Below, piece by piece: positions 60,438 to 64,000 of a stretch of DNA of 64,000 nt. The DNA is from Leptospirales bacterium. Lineage in GTDB: Bacteria > Spirochaetota > Leptospiria > Turneriellales > JAOUFE01. Each line of letters begins with the position of its first letter. The first letter of the stretch is position 1. Below the pieces are notes generated by a model. The model did not search any database. It saw nothing but the letters and a program-made list of their open reading frames with translations, and was not told the origin of the DNA. The position numbers and the translations under genes are program-made. The stretch spans positions 1 to 64,000 of the forward strand of contig JBEQLE010000011.1 in the NCBI GenBank assembly GCA_040326155.1, given 5' to 3'.

Positions 60438-62540
60438 TTAAAAGTTTCTACCCTTCTTTAGATCTCTCACAATAAACCTGGCGGGGTGTACGGCAAAATA
60501 AAGCGATTTTTCAACCGGAAGAGGCTCACTAGAAGCGAGCGAAGCGACAATCTCGGCGCCCAGGTGAGAATAAATAATTCCTCTGGACCCGAGGCCGCTG
60601 AGTATAAAAAAACCGGGATGCCAGATATTCTGTTTATGTGGATTATCATAATAGTTTCGTAGAACATGATTTTCCCCATGGTTCAAACCGGTAAAAACCT
60701 CTTTGAACATTTGCAGATTTGGAACGGGTCCCATAACAGGGGTATGGTCAGTGGAGGCCGCACGGTAGGCTACCCTGGACGAGGCTCCGGGCAAAAATTC
60801 TTGTTCTGGTGGAAATCCACCAAGGGTTTCGCAGAGTTCGGCGTAAAGTTCGCTGTTTTGTGACTCAATAGGTTCATCGTTTTCGAAGCTGTCGTTAGTC
60901 GCCCCTACAATGTGTCTTCTCGTGTGGCTTGTGAGCTGGCTTTTGGTCGGTTTTTCCACCGAAGGTATTATATAAGCTCCGGCACTCACAGGGGTCCTGA
61001 GTTTTTGCGTAATTTCGGTAGCACCTACGCTAAAAAGCTGCCCGCGAGATTTCTCGATAGAAATTGCGCCGGTTTGTTCAAATTTTATGGCATCAAAAGA
61101 ATTGGCCGCAACAACCGCGTCAAATGGACCAAACTCTTTTTCGGCGCTTTTTAACATCCATTCGGGATCCTCATAAGTTCCCGTTTGTATAACATGTTCA
61201 ATATCAATATTGTATAGCGAAGTTACATCGGTCAAATTTTTGGCCATATGCAGGTTTGCCGCGCAAACGTCGCGGGGCGAAAGCGATCCGGCGTTGGGGT
61301 AATACACACAATCATAGTTTACTTGTACGCCCGCGAGTTCACTAGCCTGCTGCGCATCGACAATAAAACCGGTTTTATCTAACAACCGCTCGGCGCCCTT
61401 TACAACCCTTTCCATAGCGTCTTTTTCATTTTTTCGATGTTCTTTTGGGGGTCGAAGGGCCTGTAAAATACCTTGTTTTTTAAAACCGGTTATATAGCCA
61501 GATTTTTCGAGGTGGTCGATATGACGCAAAACATACTGAAAACCTGCCAGACTCAAGCGACTAATCGGAGTAAAATCTCGATGAAGAATAGGCAAAAAAA
61601 TACCACGAGGGTTCCCCGATGCCCCCAATGCCAACTCACCCTCTTTTTCGATTACCGTAACTTTCCACCCGCGACGAGCAAAAGATTCGGCAAGAGCTGT
61701 TCCGGCAAGTCCCGCGCCAATAATCCCCACACGAGATTCTTTCCGGTTTTGCGTTTTATATTTCAGGTTTAAAAACCAGGGGGAACTATTTTCATCGCGC
61801 TCTTCGGAGTCGCCCTGAAAAACCGCCGTGACCATTTCCCGTTTCTGTCCAAACCCTTTCTCTTTCGTGACTATAAAACCAGCTTCCTGAAGACCGCGAC
61901 GAACATGGCCGGCTGCGGTAAATGTTGCAAGCCTGGCTGCTTTTGCGCTGAGCTGAGCCATCTGAAAATAAGTTTTTGTATTCCAGATTTCAGGATTATT
62001 CGCAGGATTAAAGCCGTCAAAATACCATGTGTCAATTTTATTTCCGGCAAGAACAATTTCGCTCAACCCTTCATGTACATCGCAAAACATCAGGTTCAAT
62101 GAAACTCCCTTTCCCAAATTTATTCTATGAAAGCCGGGCACCCGGTCTGGGTATTGTTCTATTAATTTATTTGAAAATTCTGCTAAATGGCCAGACGCAC
62201 CTGTATACAACAAATGGATTTTTTTCATATCGTCTTTTGAGAGGGGGTATTTTTCTACCGAGTAATAATTCAAGCACATTCCCGGTGCAGAGTTTTGAAT
62301 AAAAAATTCCCAGGTGAGTAAAAAGTTCAGTCCCGTACCAAAACCGATTTCACAGATATTGATATCGCCCCCGAATTTTCCTTTCGAAAGTTCAATGACT
62401 CGCTCAGTCAAACGGGTTTTTTCAAGAAAGACATACCTGCTTTCCCCCGGCCCGTCAAGTTTAGAAAAATATACATCGCCAAATTTTTTTGAATAAGGCG
62501 TACCATCTTTCCATTCGACATCAGGAGGCTCAATATGCAC
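60438..62540 (-). CDS. mnmC: Bifunctional tRNA mnm5s2U34 biosynthesis protein
   Basis: FGDVYFS, EIGFGTGLN, DGFNP..NP methyltransferase plus GAGLAG FAD oxidoreductase, GLGSRG. Confidence 0.95.
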   Translation of the reverse strand: MHIEPPDVEWKDGTPYSKKFGDVYFSKLDGPGESRYVFLEKTRLTERVIELSKGKFGGDINICEIGFGTGLNFLLTWEFFIQNSAPGMCLNYYSVEKYPLSKDDMKKIHLLYTGASGHLAEFSNKLIEQYPDRVPGFHRINLGKGVSLNLMFCDVHEGLSEIVLAGNKIDTWYFDGFNPANNPEIWNTKTYFQMAQLSAKAARLATFTAAGHVRRGLQEAGFIVTKEKGFGQKREMVTAVFQGDSEERDENSSPWFLNLKYKTQNRKESRVGIIGAGLAGTALAESFARRGWKVTVIEKEGELALGASGNPRGIFLPILHRDFTPISRLSLAGFQYVLRHIDHLEKSGYITGFKKQGILQALRPPKEHRKNEKDAMERVVKGAERLLDKTGFIVDAQQASELAGVQVNYDCVYYPNAGSLSPRDVCAANLHMAKNLTDVTSLYNIDIEHVIQTGTYEDPEWMLKSAEKEFGPFDAVVAANSFDAIKFEQTGAISIEKSRGQLFSVGATEITQKLRTPVSAGAYIIPSVEKPTKSQLTSHTRRHIVGATNDSFENDEPIESQNSELYAELCETLGGFPPEQEFLPGASSRVAYRAASTDHTPVMGPVPNLQMFKEVFTGLNHGENHVLRNYYDNPHKQNIWHPGFFILSGLGSRGIIYSHLGAEIVASLASSEPLPVEKSLYFAVHPARFIVRDLKKGRNF

Positions 62541-62625
62541 ACCCCCAGTCTGGCGCTTTTAATCAAGCCGACCAGTGAATAATTGGCTTTGATGATTTCA
62601 ATAAATATAAAGAATAAAACGCGAG

Positions 62626-62661
62626 TTCCGTATAAACGCGATTCATCGCGTTTATACGGAA
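62626..62661. repeat. REP-type palindrome, copy 3
   Basis: ttccgtataaacgcgat-tc-atcgcgtttatacggaa, perfect 17-bp arms. Confidence 0.85.
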
Positions 62662-62668
62662 AACTAAA

Positions 62669-63091
62669 CTATTTTTCGACTTGTTTGCCTTCGGCTATCC
62701 ATGCATTGGTGCCGCCGGCTACCGAAACAGCTTCGTTGAATCCTTGTTGTTTTAGAAAACTGACCGCTGCCATAGATCTGTTACCCGAAGCACAAATTAC
62801 AAATATTTCCGAGTCTTTATCAAAGGGGACTTGCGCCCCTGCGGTTAATTCATTCAGCGGCAGTAACACTGTTCCTGGAACTCTGCCGGCGTCGTATTCA
62901 CCCTGGGTTCTTACATCGAGAATCTGTATATTGCCATCATCACCGTATTCGTCGATAAAGTCTTGTATCGAAATTTCAAGAGGTGAGGTTGCAACAACCG
63001 GGCTTCCTCCGGATTTCTGTTCTTTTGTACAATGGCTGAAAACCAAAACCATAGCAATTACAACGGGACTTAACTTCTTTATGTATTTCAT
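62669..63091 (-). CDS. Rhodanese-like lipoprotein
   Basis: Leader ending FSHC; LDVRTQGEY, CASGNRS, GGTNAW. Confidence 0.9.
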   Translation of the reverse strand: MKYIKKLSPVVIAMVLVFSHCTKEQKSGGSPVVATSPLEISIQDFIDEYGDDGNIQILDVRTQGEYDAGRVPGTVLLPLNELTAGAQVPFDKDSEIFVICASGNRSMAAVSFLKQQGFNEAVSVAGGTNAWIAEGKQVEK

Positions 63092-63209
63092 TCTTACTCC
63101 TTAAAATAAATTCATCTATATTACATTTTCATAATACGTTAAATAATATACTATTAAAAATAACAATTGGCAATGAAAAAAGTTATTTTAGAATTTTGAT
63201 AATTAGTGA

Positions 63210-63590
63210 TCACTTTGCGATACTTGACGCTACTTCAGGACTTTCAGGGTTTACAACAACCTTACAAGTTCGCGGTACTACAATCAGATCCATATCTTCC
63301 ATGGGTATAGCGCCCAACAAAACCGTATTTCCCATAACCAGAGCGCCCGTAAAGCCGACACGATTTTCAAAGCAGGTCATAATTGGTCCTGCGTAAGGCA
63401 CATGGATAATGGAATCATCCGCCAGTATAACCGGTCGCTTGTCTATAATTTCAAGCTCAAGAATTTTCATAACCGACTCTGGAATGCAAAGGTGAACCGA
63501 CCCCGTATCGGCAAGAGCGCGAACACTCACCGGTTTCAGATCACCACGTTTTGGATTTGTTAAAACAAGATTCGCCATTGTGATTCCCAT
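63210..63590 (-). CDS. Clan AA aspartic protease (single-domain, retropepsin-like)
   Basis: ALADTGS and LLGAIPMEDMDL. Confidence 0.88.
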   Translation of the reverse strand: MGITMANLVLTNPKRGDLKPVSVRALADTGSVHLCIPESVMKILELEIIDKRPVILADDSIIHVPYAGPIMTCFENRVGFTGALVMGNTVLLGAIPMEDMDLIVVPRTCKVVVNPESPEVASSIAK

Positions 63591-63620
63591 AATTCCCCTT
63601 TTTAACTTACCTGCAAGTTA

Positions 63621-63998
63621 TTACTGGGAATCGGGGTTCCTCTTTAGCGTGTCGCCTGCCGGTCGCGACTCTTCTGTAGGCGTTTCGATGTCTGTATAAT
63701 CGATATTATAATTCTCTTCGGAGAGACCAATATGCCCTTGAAATGCCTTTTTGTTTTTTAATATATTTGCGTCGACCTTGTGAACTTCAATTGTACCTAC
63801 ATCATGGCAATAATTTTTCGGGCCTTCCGGCGAACGGGCATGGCCGGTTTTTTTTGTCAGTTGAATAACATTTGTAATACCAACATACCCTTTTGTCACA
63901 ACGAGCACTTTAATCTGCTTCGCGCGCAGAGCCATCATCTTAAACTCTCCGTTGAATGCGTAGCCAGATAACGCTCCTTTGTAGTTTACCCCTAAAGT
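63621..63998 (-). CDS. Hypothetical protein, 5'-partial
   Basis: Reading frame stays open from the window edge to the stop at 63621. Confidence 0.6.
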   Translation of the reverse strand, partial: TLGVNYKGALSGYAFNGEFKMMALRAKQIKVLVVTKGYVGITNVIQLTKKTGHARSPEGPKNYCHDVGTIEVHKVDANILKNKKAFQGHIGLSEENYNIDYTDIETPTEESRPAGDTLKRNPDSQ

Positions 63999-64000
63999 AA

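Noticed and set aside
51741..63091. SQR and rhodanese as a sulfur-oxidation cluster
   Set aside because: About 10 kb apart with unrelated genes between; no evidence of linkage
62583..63104. 173-aa plus-strand ORF and similar long antisense ORFs (4532-5029, 15970-16449, 19105-19617)
   Set aside because: Each lies opposite a well-supported gene and has shadow-like composition
1..64000. CRISPR array, rRNA, tRNA, integrase, transposase or prophage genes
   Set aside because: No regularly spaced direct repeats, cloverleaf or diagnostic protein motifs were seen

Overview
AT-rich bacterial chromosomal segment, inferred to come from a spirochaete related to Leptospirales (plant-type ferredoxin-NADP reductase, DUF1564-like tandem RHH protein, TPR-Mrr protein, membrane AraC regulator). 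Housekeeping blocks (ileS; cmoA-cmoB-hemB; thiL-proC-psd-mnmC; crcB; SQR) flank an accessory patchwork at about 12-36 kb. The patchwork holds MDR oxidoreductases (one split at an A9 run), CPBP proteases, two ABC exporters, bdbC/bdbD, an adenylate/guanylate cyclase, a GGDEF protein and three toxin-antitoxin loci, two with destroyed toxins. The best candidates for new biology are: (1) two small paralogous proteins sharing a DK[FY]L[GS][ST]TKS motif, the second translationally coupled to a sterol-desaturase-family di-iron enzyme (31280-32785); (2) a family of degenerate attC-like repeats next to minus-strand cassette-like genes, with no integrase in the window, including a cyclase gene bracketed by an 18-bp inverted repeat that appears to truncate a lipoprotein gene; (3) a dispersed REP family whose arms covary. 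No rRNA, tRNA, CRISPR array, integrase or transposase was seen. All family calls come from motif recognition by eye; no database searches were run.
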